NCBI GenBank assembly: GCA_963748625.1 | Contig: CAVVJT010000010.1 | Location: 384,001 to 448,000, forward strand | From: an uncultured Chloroflexia bacterium | GTDB taxonomy: Bacteria; Chloroflexota; Limnocylindria; Limnocylindrales; CSP1-4 | Length of the DNA: 64,000 bases | Direction of reading: 5' to 3' | Shown: one piece after another, positions 9,384 to 17,679 of the stretch | How the letters are laid out: every line of letters starts with the position of its first letter | Position numbering within the stretch: the stretch's first letter is position 1 | Notes under the pieces: model-generated | What the model was told of the DNA's origin: nothing | The model's input: the letters and a program-made list of their open reading frames with translations, nothing else | The model's database searches: none | Made by a program: the position numbers and the translations under genes

Positions 9384-9749
9384 TCAGCAGCCGAACGGCG
9401 TCGCCGAGACCTCCGTGCAGATGGAGCGCATGGTGCGCTCGAGGTTCGACACCGCTGACTCGATCGAGCCCAGCCGGTCCCGAATGCCAGAGATCTCGCC
9501 TTCCAGGCCGCTGGCTGTGTCAGCCTCCATCGACGCTTCGATTGAGTCGATGGACGCCTTGACGGCCTGGAGATCAGAGCTGAGTCCATCCAGCGCGAAG
9601 GTCACGTTGGGATCGGACACGTCGATCCCCGCGGTCGCATCGAAGACATCGTCCGGCGTCGCGACTGGGCGGAGTGCGACGAGCCCGACGAGGCCGAGCG
9701 TGGCGAGTTGGGCAGCGAGGATCAGGGCGAGGATTTGGCGTTCGTTCAT
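9384..9749 (-). CDS. Membrane-anchored small coiled-coil hypothetical protein
   Basis: N-terminal hydrophobic helix followed by acidic heptad-like sequence. Confidence 0.6.
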   Translation of the reverse strand: MNERQILALILAAQLATLGLVGLVALRPVATPDDVFDATAGIDVSDPNVTFALDGLSSDLQAVKASIDSIEASMEADTASGLEGEISGIRDRLGSIESAVSNLERTMRSICTEVSATPFGC

Positions 9750-9955
9750 TGCGGCATCGTAGGACCGCCGGTCGGCTGCGATAGGTGCCGACTGGACTTC
9801 GGCGTGTGGTCGCGCGAACTTCGGTCGTAGCGGCTAGGCCAGTCGGGGAGCTTGCGGTCCCGCCACGCGGTGCGTACTAGGAAGGTCCTGACGTCGATGA
9901 CAGGGTCCGCACGGGTGCCCAGCCGCGCATGGATGTCACCGCCTAGCAGCAGCGA

Positions 9956-10864
9956 TCAGCCGGACTTGGGGTGGCGTTTCCAGCGGTACTGGGTCGGCTC
10001 CAGGTCACCGTCCTCGATCCGCCACTGCGGGATGAAATCGAGTGTGCCGCCGTCGGCAACAACTGCGTCTCCGGACCGGTCGACCTTGATGCCGGTCACA
10101 ATGGCGAGCGCTGTGTTCGGGTACTTCTCCACCTGCCGGCGCTCGTTGATCGTGATCAGGATCTCCTGGAGTGACCCAACGAGACCCTTCACCTCGACGT
10201 GGAGTTCCTCGCCATCCCTAGTCGCGAGGTAGTCGTAGCTCCGGTTGAGGTGGACGTCCTCTACGTCCCAGTCGTCGCCCCTGAGGTGCGCGAGCGTCAA
10301 CTCCATCGCTCGCTCTTCGATGGCCTTTCGCGACTGCGCGTCGCTCGAGTAGCCTTGGCCACCAACCCGGACGATGCGCTCGAAGGCGGGCTGGTCGACC
10401 AAAAGGCCGCGGGCAAGGTCGTCCTCGAGTGCCGCAGGGGTCGCGTCTGTGCTGGGAAGCTGGACGACGAGCTTGATGCGCCGGGTGTTGTTCCCGGAGC
10501 CGGCCTTCGAGGCACGGTGGCCCACGGATCGCTGGGACCGCTGCAGGCTCAGGCGCGTCGCCTCGGGGTCGACCGACCGCAGGGAGACCGGAAACGGAGC
10601 TCCCGGGTCGAGCACCGTCTCAAAGCGAGGAAGAAACCCGGACCGGCTGGAGTCGACCACGGCGTCAAGCAGGACCGCGTCGAGGGCGCCAAGGCGGGCC
10701 AGGATGAGGTGCAGCCCACGCTCGTAGTCGAGGTGGCGCTCGTTGACGCCACCCTTGGCACCACCACGACTCTCAAGCCAAACGGCTAGGTGGCCATCCG
10801 ACGTGCCAGTGGAGAAGGTCGCATCGAGCGGGTGACCGCCCACATCCCGAACCTTGCGCGCCAA
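9956..10864 (-). CDS. Putative type IV restriction nuclease: EcoKMcrA-N-like domain plus DUF3883 PD-(D/E)XK domain
   Basis: C-terminus IEERAM..WDVEDV..SYDYLA..HVEVKG..ITINE (DUF3883). N-terminus LESRG..R..DY..L.RL..SGNNTRRI resembles the E. coli McrA N-terminal domain. Confidence 0.75.
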   Translation of the reverse strand: MARKVRDVGGHPLDATFSTGTSDGHLAVWLESRGGAKGGVNERHLDYERGLHLILARLGALDAVLLDAVVDSSRSGFLPRFETVLDPGAPFPVSLRSVDPEATRLSLQRSQRSVGHRASKAGSGNNTRRIKLVVQLPSTDATPAALEDDLARGLLVDQPAFERIVRVGGQGYSSDAQSRKAIEERAMELTLAHLRGDDWDVEDVHLNRSYDYLATRDGEELHVEVKGLVGSLQEILITINERRQVEKYPNTALAIVTGIKVDRSGDAVVADGGTLDFIPQWRIEDGDLEPTQYRWKRHPKSG

Positions 10865-10966
10865 TCGCCTGCCCCCAAACTGAAGCTGGAGTCACAGTCT
10901 ATGTCGTCATGGGACTTCCCCTGGCGGGCGCTGGATGTCCCGCCTGCGCCCCGCTAAGGTTCGCTC

Positions 10967-11437
10967 GTGCCGACCCACCGTGAGACCTACCACCCCGCCG
11001 ACTACCAGGCACCCGATGGGTCGTGGGCCTCATCAGAGCCGATCCGCCGGACGATGCTGGGTAATCGGGGCCGCGACACCAAGCCGGAACTGGCTGTGCG
11101 GCGTTTGCTTCATTCGCGCGGCTTGCGCTATCGCGTGGCATATAGGCCAGCCCGCTCAGTCCGTCGGTCCGCAGATCTTGTTTTCACTCGAGCTCGGGTC
11201 GCCGTATTCGTCGATGGATGCTTCTGGCACTGCTGTCCGCAGCATTTCCGGATGCCCGCTACCAACCGCGAATACTGGGAGCCGAAGCTCGCCGCGAACG
11301 TGGACCGGGATCGCCAGACCGATGATCTCCTCTCTGCGGAGGGCTGGACCGTCATCAGGGTGTGGGAGCACGAAGTCGCAGTTGAGGCTGCGACCCGCAT
11401 CGAGGATGTCGTGCGCTCAATGCGGAAGGCGCGGTGA
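10967..11437 (+). CDS. vsr: Very short patch repair endonuclease
   Basis: RDTKPEL..GLRYR..VFVDGCFWH..YW..K..NVDRD..GWTVIRVWEHE. Confidence 0.93.
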   Translation: MPTHRETYHPADYQAPDGSWASSEPIRRTMLGNRGRDTKPELAVRRLLHSRGLRYRVAYRPARSVRRSADLVFTRARVAVFVDGCFWHCCPQHFRMPATNREYWEPKLAANVDRDRQTDDLLSAEGWTVIRVWEHEVAVEAATRIEDVVRSMRKAR

Positions 11438-11543
11438 CACCGAACCTGGCACACTCCCTTCGTACTAAGAGTGCTCGCTGACCTCGCCTCAGACGATTGG
11501 AGTACCAGAGATCGCTCGGCGCCATGCTCCTGCAAGCGAAGAG

Positions 11544-12701
11544 ATGTTCCCGGAGTCAGCAGCCGATCGGATGCCCGCGGTGCCGTTCAACTACATCGAC
11601 CGGCCCCAGTTTCGGTTCGTCGACCTGTTTGCCGGGATTGGTGGGATCCGAAAGGGGCTGGAGAGTGCCGGCGGGCGCTGCGTCTTCACGGTAGAGATCG
11701 ACAAGTTCGCGAAACAGACGTACTCGGCGAACTTCGACCCGGTCGAGGCCGGAGATATCCGAAAGCTGCCCGCCGAGGACCTGCCGGTCTATGACGTGCT
11801 TGCGGGTGGGTTTCCCTGCCAGCCCTTCAGCCTCGCCGGCGTCAGCAAGAAGCTCAGTCTGGGGCGCCAGCACGGCTTCAGCGATGAGAAGAGCGGCAAC
11901 CTGTTCTTCGACATCGTGCGGCTCATCGACGACGCGCCGAGTCCCCCGCCGGCCCTCTTCCTCGAGAACGTCAAGCACCTGACGCGCCACGACAAGGGAC
12001 GCACCTTCGCGGTCATCCTGGCGACCCTTGAAGATCGTGGCTACAACGTCGTCTGGAAGGTGGTTGATGCCCGGCCTTGGGTGCCCCAGCACCGCGAGCG
12101 CACGTACATCGTCTGCCTGCATCGCGACTACTACGGCGACGCGCGCTTCGAGTTCCCGGAGATCCCCGCGGACGCTCCGTGGCCCTCCCTCGGATCGATC
12201 CTCGAGAGCGATCCGATCCCAGACCGGTACATCCTGACGGAACACCTCTGGCAGTACCTGCAGGACTACGCCCGGAAGCACCGCGAGCGGGGCAACGGAT
12301 TCGGGTATGGCCTAGTCAGTCCGGAGGATACGACCCGGACGCTGAGTGCCCGGTACCACAAGGATGGGTCGGAGATCCTCGTCCGAACGGACGGACCACA
12401 GCCGCGGCGCCTGACACCGCGCGAGTGCGCGCGTCTCATGGGCTACCCGGACACCTTCGACATCCCGGTTTCCGACACGCAGGCATACCGCCAGTTCGGC
12501 AACTCGGTCGTCGTGCCGGTGATCAGCTTCCTCGCACAGGCACTGGCATCGCAGGTGCCGCTGCGGCAGGCGCAACCGCTCGCAACACCAAGGGGGACAA
12601 CGCGAGTGACCCGGCGTGCCAAGAAGGTGGGGACCAAGTCAACTCAAGATCGCGATCTGCCGCAGGTGGCCTTTCCGTCTGAGGCTCTTGCCGAGGGCTA
12701 G
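11544..12701 (+). CDS. dcm: DNA (cytosine-5)-methyltransferase, Dcm/M.EcoRII-like (predicted CCWGG)
   Basis: DLFAGIGG, GGFPCQPFS, ENV, QHRER. Target-recognition region GNGFGYG..TRTLSARYHKDGSEIL and QAYRQFGNSVVVPV closely match Dcm. Confidence 0.93.
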   Translation: MFPESAADRMPAVPFNYIDRPQFRFVDLFAGIGGIRKGLESAGGRCVFTVEIDKFAKQTYSANFDPVEAGDIRKLPAEDLPVYDVLAGGFPCQPFSLAGVSKKLSLGRQHGFSDEKSGNLFFDIVRLIDDAPSPPPALFLENVKHLTRHDKGRTFAVILATLEDRGYNVVWKVVDARPWVPQHRERTYIVCLHRDYYGDARFEFPEIPADAPWPSLGSILESDPIPDRYILTEHLWQYLQDYARKHRERGNGFGYGLVSPEDTTRTLSARYHKDGSEILVRTDGPQPRRLTPRECARLMGYPDTFDIPVSDTQAYRQFGNSVVVPVISFLAQALASQVPLRQAQPLATPRGTTRVTRRAKKVGTKSTQDRDLPQVAFPSEALAEG

Positions 12702-12767
12702 TGCCGAGTGCAGGCGCCGGACCCGCGGTCCCGATGCTCGCGGAACCGCGAGCGCGCTCATCCCGAG

Positions 12768-13904
12768 CTACTCGCCCAACTCCACCTCGAAGGCCTCGCC
12801 AACGCGGTACAGGCGCATCCGTTCGCCAGTCCTCGCCCCGGCTCTACGCAGGAAGTCCCCGACTCCCGTGATCCGATACTCGTCGCGCGTGCTGGTGTTG
12901 AACCGCCGGCCGTTGTAGTGCACCAGGCGCCACGTCCACTTCGTCTCAAGACGCCGAAACAGAACGGACAGCTCCGCCGACGGGTTGACCGTTGACTCGT
13001 CCAAGCGAGTGATGGCTTCAGCCCAGTTGGCACCGATGGCAATTGCAGCCTGGTGGCTGCCCGTGTCCCCGATGTCGTTCGGCGAGAGATGCTTGTCGAG
13101 GACCAGGTCACGCGCAACGCCTGCAGTCGGGCCCGCCGACGGGTCCGCGATGGCCCGGCCCGCCGCCAACGCTGCCTCATCCACAAGGCGAAAGACAATG
13201 TCACGTACGTACTCGTCTGGCAGTGCGCGCAGTTCAACAACCGCACCCTCGCGGCGGACCCGCTTCGACGCCTCTCGCATGATCTCCATCCGAGATGGCT
13301 TGCCGCCAGTCTTCAGGGCGGCAACCGCGCCTCCCAGGTAGCGACCGACCCGGCGATCGCCTGACAGGCTGGAGCGCTCGGTGATCTGAACCAGTTCGTC
13401 TTCACCTAGGAGTCCGAGGAGCTCGTACGGGTCTCCTGCGCTCGGGTCGGACAGTAGTTCCGCCCGCCACCAGAGACGACCGAAGGTGTTGCGAATGCCC
13501 CTGTTCTCGCCAAGGAACCTCTCTCGAGACGTTGGCTCTCCGCTCTGGCCGGGGAACCGCCAACGCACGACATGTGGTGCAAGCACACAGCCGAGGAAAG
13601 CCCACACCCCAGGGTGAGATGCCTCGGCCGGCGACATGTTCAGTGTTCGATGCAGCAGGCGGGCGCCGTATCGATCGAAGTAGTGGATCCCGTCAGCCTT
13701 CTCCGCTTCACCGACAAGGGACGACAGCTTGGCTCGCAGGTCGTGTAGCTCCCTCTCACTGATGCGCGCGCCACCGGAGGTTCCGTACTGGACAAGTGGG
13801 TGCCTCGTGTCACTCAATCGCTGCAGTTGCGGCCATGCGACGCCGCGACGCTCGTCGGCCAATCTGCCGGCCTCAGAAGCGGGCAGGCGAGGCAGTAGGT
13901 TCAC
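12768..13904 (-). CDS. DUF6339-like protein fused to a C-terminal EcoRII-N (B3-like) DNA-binding domain
   Basis: EASHPGVWAFL..VRWRF..RNTFGRLWW (DUF6339-like); KHLSPNDIGDTGSHQ..NPS..HYNGRRF..TRDEYRIT (EcoRII-N-like). Confidence 0.8.
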   Translation of the reverse strand: MNLLPRLPASEAGRLADERRGVAWPQLQRLSDTRHPLVQYGTSGGARISERELHDLRAKLSSLVGEAEKADGIHYFDRYGARLLHRTLNMSPAEASHPGVWAFLGCVLAPHVVRWRFPGQSGEPTSRERFLGENRGIRNTFGRLWWRAELLSDPSAGDPYELLGLLGEDELVQITERSSLSGDRRVGRYLGGAVAALKTGGKPSRMEIMREASKRVRREGAVVELRALPDEYVRDIVFRLVDEAALAAGRAIADPSAGPTAGVARDLVLDKHLSPNDIGDTGSHQAAIAIGANWAEAITRLDESTVNPSAELSVLFRRLETKWTWRLVHYNGRRFNTSTRDEYRITGVGDFLRRAGARTGERMRLYRVGEAFEVELGE

Positions 13905-14809
13905 TCTGGAGCCTCATCGGTTGCTGCGAACGTTCGGAAGAAGCCCTGAAGCCCGGCCTCGATCTCTGCGGGGTGACTCGCATAGATCGCCTGCGCCTCA
14001 GCAAAGGCTGGATGCCCCGGCAGCGCCGCGATGAGGCGTCTCACGGCCTCTCCTACCGTGTCGTCGTCCAACTCCTCGACGTCCGCAGGCTGCCACAACG
14101 AGAGTGCCGTTCCAACCATGGTGCGTGCAACATCAAACCGGATCGCCTCTCGGATCGCGAGAGCATCAGGCTGTGTTGATCCGGTGGTCAGAGCACTGAC
14201 CACCCGCCTTGATCGTGAGTTGACCATGAGCCTGAGACCACCCAGCACGGGCATGGCCGGCCCCTGAATGTCCCAGTCCAGGTACCAGGCCGCATCCACG
14301 CTCATCCCCGGGACCGAGGAGAAGTCAACGATTTCGGTCGGGAACCTGGTGCCAGCGCCCGCCAGGCTCACCCTAACCTCATCCGACCATAGGACACTCC
14401 CTGGTCGACTTGCGACGAAGGGGCGGTCCTGCACCGAACGTGCGAGCACGAGCGCTACCTGGAGCTTGAGCCGCCCGGCAAGTTCCGCACCAGGAACCAC
14501 GCAGTCGATTGCGTGATGGTCGAGGTCAGCGTGCGGCTGCTGTTCGGCGAGATGTCCGCCGCGAATGCTCGTCCCGGAAGAGCTCCAGCCAAGAAACAAC
14601 CGCACCTCGTCTCCGGGCTGCAGTCCACAGTCCTCCATCACGTCCGCCAACATGAAGCCGACCTCGGCCTGGATGTGAAGGTCGGTTGCCGGGTCCCAAT
14701 CGTCGACCTTCAAAGGCACCGAGGCTTCACCGCGGAGCCTGTGCCACTCAACGAAGCTGATCCGGTCGTCCTCGACGGTCCAGAAGGGGCGAATGCGTGT
14801 GCGCGTCAT
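13901..14809 (-). CDS. Hypothetical protein within the defence operon
   Basis: 302-aa ORF with 4-nt start/stop overlaps to both neighbours. Confidence 0.8.
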   Translation of the reverse strand: MTRTRIRPFWTVEDDRISFVEWHRLRGEASVPLKVDDWDPATDLHIQAEVGFMLADVMEDCGLQPGDEVRLFLGWSSSGTSIRGGHLAEQQPHADLDHHAIDCVVPGAELAGRLKLQVALVLARSVQDRPFVASRPGSVLWSDEVRVSLAGAGTRFPTEIVDFSSVPGMSVDAAWYLDWDIQGPAMPVLGGLRLMVNSRSRRVVSALTTGSTQPDALAIREAIRFDVARTMVGTALSLWQPADVEELDDDTVGEAVRRLIAALPGHPAFAEAQAIYASHPAEIEAGLQGFFRTFAATDEAPE

Positions 14810-16689
14810 CGCTTGCCGCCCTCGAGGGGCACCGCAGTGAGCTCAAGACCGGTCGCCAGATCAGGGGACACCGTCCCAACAACGGCCCAATCGTCGCCAT
14901 CGATGCCTGCGTCGATCTGGACAACCTCACCCGCTATGAACTCGCCGGATGGCGTTCGCCAGCCGAGGACCTCTGGCTGCACAGCACCCGCGGGCACATC
15001 TGACTCGAAGGAGCCATCGTCAAGAACCGCAGCGGCTCGAGCAGTCACAAGCGATCCGAGAGTGCCCTTCTTGTGCTTGATGACGAAGGGCAGGATCACG
15101 ACAGGCCGCCCACCCTCGCCGCCGAACTCCGGCCGACCGGTCGTGATCCGTGCCCCCGGTCCAGTCGTTGTCCCGCGGCTCTTCTCGTGCTCGATCTCGC
15201 CCGGGCGATCTCCATCCGCGCCCAACAGGGCCGCGCCCAGGAAGTTGGTGAACTCCCCTACCGGTGCCTGAGGCTCGCTAGTGCCATGATCGGAAGCCTC
15301 GCCGCGATACGACTGCCCGACCTCGCGCACGGCCTTGAATACGGCGCGGACGACGCCCTTGGCCTCGCCCCCGTCAAGGTTGTCGACAACCCAATCGTCG
15401 TGGGCAGGCGGCTCGGAGTCCGCATAGTGGCGGTCATAGTGCCGATCCGCAATTACTACACCCCCGTACTCCATGACGTCGGTGCTCAGCTCGAGTGCGG
15501 GCACGTAGCGAACGACGAGCTCGGGCGTTCGCATCAGCGCGAAGTGGTGCGAGGGCGAAGAGAAGTCGGGTGGTCCCGCGACGGGCCGGGGAAACTTGAT
15601 CTGAGCTCCGCTGATGCGGCCCCGGGGCCGGATGGGGCCCATCTGAGCTGCTATCAACGCTACCCGGTTCCTCCAGTAGGTGACCTCTCGGGCCCTCGTG
15701 TCTCCGACGGGCACCTCCCCCGCATAGTTCTTGGCCGCCTTGTACGCGGCAACGTACAAGTCCAGCGGGGGAAACGCTTCGGGTGCCGGGACGATGAGAG
15801 GGGAGCCCTCCCAGCTCGCGGTGAAGTCAATCGCAGGCCGGCCATCCGAACCCGGCAGCATCTTCGGCCAGAAGTACCAGAGAAACCCTTCGACCAGGAA
15901 GGCCATAGCCCCGAGACCGAAGCCGCCGTCAAACTTCGGGTTGATGACGCCAATTGTGGTCCCGGTCTCGACGCGGTCGAACCCGGGCAATCCGAGCAGC
16001 TCGGCAGCTTCATCAGCCTCGGCATTGAGAAGGGGCTCGACAATCCCACCGCGCCTCTCGCCCCACCAGTGCCGTCCGGTGTAGCGACCCAGGTCAGGGC
16101 CCGTCCTTATGGCGTATCGGGGGCCAACACAGCTGATGATGAACCGAGACTCCAGGCTCCCAGCGTGTCGTGTCCGCGTGTAGACCGCGAGCGTCTGGGT
16201 CTCGGCCGCGAGGTAGAGGGCTGCCTTGCCGTACCCGTACGTTCCGCCGGTTGACACGCGGCGGTCCGGCGGCTCGCCGACATTCCTCAGGAAGTCGACG
16301 AAGTCGCGCGGCGCGTTGTCAGCAGTCATTTCATCTGCGCGCGTGGGCCCACCCAAGCCCTTCGTGCCGCGGTCGCTCAGTGCCAGAACCCAGGCGGGCC
16401 CGCCAGTGCGGACCACCTCGTAGAGCGGGAGTGTGTCCTCGCTCGCGCCCGGAGGAAGATCGCTGAAGAACCGGCGAACGATCTCGCTGCGCCGGGTCAC
16501 GGCGTACCCATCAAGCGCAAATCGGATCGTCGCTCCGATGTGCGCGTCCCACGAGTTCTGGACTGCCTCCCGCAGCATGATCGTCATGGGATCGATCGCC
16601 GGCCGGCCAAGCGGGTTCAGGAGGCCTTCTCCAGCCAGGTTCCCCATCGCTCCGAATGCTTCGGACTGAACGTGCAGCGATCCGATCAT
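14806..16689 (-). CDS. GHKL (MORC/MutL-like) ATPase-domain protein
   Basis: REAVQNSWDA (ExxxNxxD), SDRGTKGL (DxGxG), GGTYGYGK, GTTI. Confidence 0.82.
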   Translation of the reverse strand: MIGSLHVQSEAFGAMGNLAGEGLLNPLGRPAIDPMTIMLREAVQNSWDAHIGATIRFALDGYAVTRRSEIVRRFFSDLPPGASEDTLPLYEVVRTGGPAWVLALSDRGTKGLGGPTRADEMTADNAPRDFVDFLRNVGEPPDRRVSTGGTYGYGKAALYLAAETQTLAVYTRTRHAGSLESRFIISCVGPRYAIRTGPDLGRYTGRHWWGERRGGIVEPLLNAEADEAAELLGLPGFDRVETGTTIGVINPKFDGGFGLGAMAFLVEGFLWYFWPKMLPGSDGRPAIDFTASWEGSPLIVPAPEAFPPLDLYVAAYKAAKNYAGEVPVGDTRAREVTYWRNRVALIAAQMGPIRPRGRISGAQIKFPRPVAGPPDFSSPSHHFALMRTPELVVRYVPALELSTDVMEYGGVVIADRHYDRHYADSEPPAHDDWVVDNLDGGEAKGVVRAVFKAVREVGQSYRGEASDHGTSEPQAPVGEFTNFLGAALLGADGDRPGEIEHEKSRGTTTGPGARITTGRPEFGGEGGRPVVILPFVIKHKKGTLGSLVTARAAAVLDDGSFESDVPAGAVQPEVLGWRTPSGEFIAGEVVQIDAGIDGDDWAVVGTVSPDLATGLELTAVPLEGGKR

Positions 16690-17679
16690 CCGTGCAGCGA
16701 CTCCGCGAACTCAATGAGAAGGTCGCTCAGGACCCCGGCAGCGATGGGAGCAGGTGCCTCCTCGAGGTTCGATCTGGTACTGAAGTCCAACGACTCCGGC
16801 AACAGGCCACGCGTGGAAGGCTTGGGCGGTCAGCCGGGGGAACGTCCGATCAACGAGGAATGCTCTCCTTGTCTTGACCCGCAGCCGAGTCTGATCGTCC
16901 AAGAGGTCGGCCGCCGATACGCCGGCGGCATCGAGGCGGTCATAGAGCTCGACTGGCTGAACCCCCAAGGCGTGAATGCGTGAAACAAGGTCCTGAAGGG
17001 TGTCACCGCCAGCAGGGACCTTTTCCACGACGTAGACGACCAGTAGCAGGCGGCCGTCGGGTGGCGTTGCCAACTGGTCCACCCCATGGACAACCAGCGC
17101 TGTCATGCCGCGGTCGAAGGTCGTCTTCACCTCAATGTCGATGCCATCGCTGACGAAGTCGTGGCGACCCTTGGCTGGGCCCGCCCAAGAGCCAACGGCA
17201 TTCACGGACCTGCTTGAGAGCTCCTCCAGGAGCGTGAGTTCGCCAAACAGACCCATGCGCGCTGACTGGCTCAGGCCGCCCGCCGGCGGGTTCCGGAAGA
17301 GCTCCCGCCAGCGATCGAGCACGACGCTGGCGGCAAGATCCGGAGCGCTCATCCCGTCCGCTGCGCCGAGTGCCTCGACGGCAACAGCTGTGAACACGTG
17401 GTTGAGCCGCGCGTCGAGACATGCCAAGTCGACGAATGGCCGGAGCACACCGTCAACCAGCAGATCTCTCGGCACGATCTGCACGCCGCTGCTGCGTGTG
17501 TCGGGCCGGATTGCCCGGTCCGCCTCAGACGGGAAGAGAATGTGACGACGGCCCCATGGATCGACAGCTACCCGCGCCGTCGCCGGAGAGGGCAGTTCGA
17601 GCACCAAGTATTCATCGCGGGAGCCCTCCCCCGAAGCCAGGAGCCCCGCGAAGGCATCGTCCAAGCCGCGTAGGTCCAT
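16686..17679 (-). CDS. PD-(D/E)XK motif protein (DUF4420, MzaD-like), frameshift near 16768
   Basis: LDRWRELF..GLFGEL..WAGP..HDF..IEVKTT..DQL..FPRL. Removing one base gives YQIDL..LHG* with an ATGA overlap onto the next gene. Confidence 0.85.
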
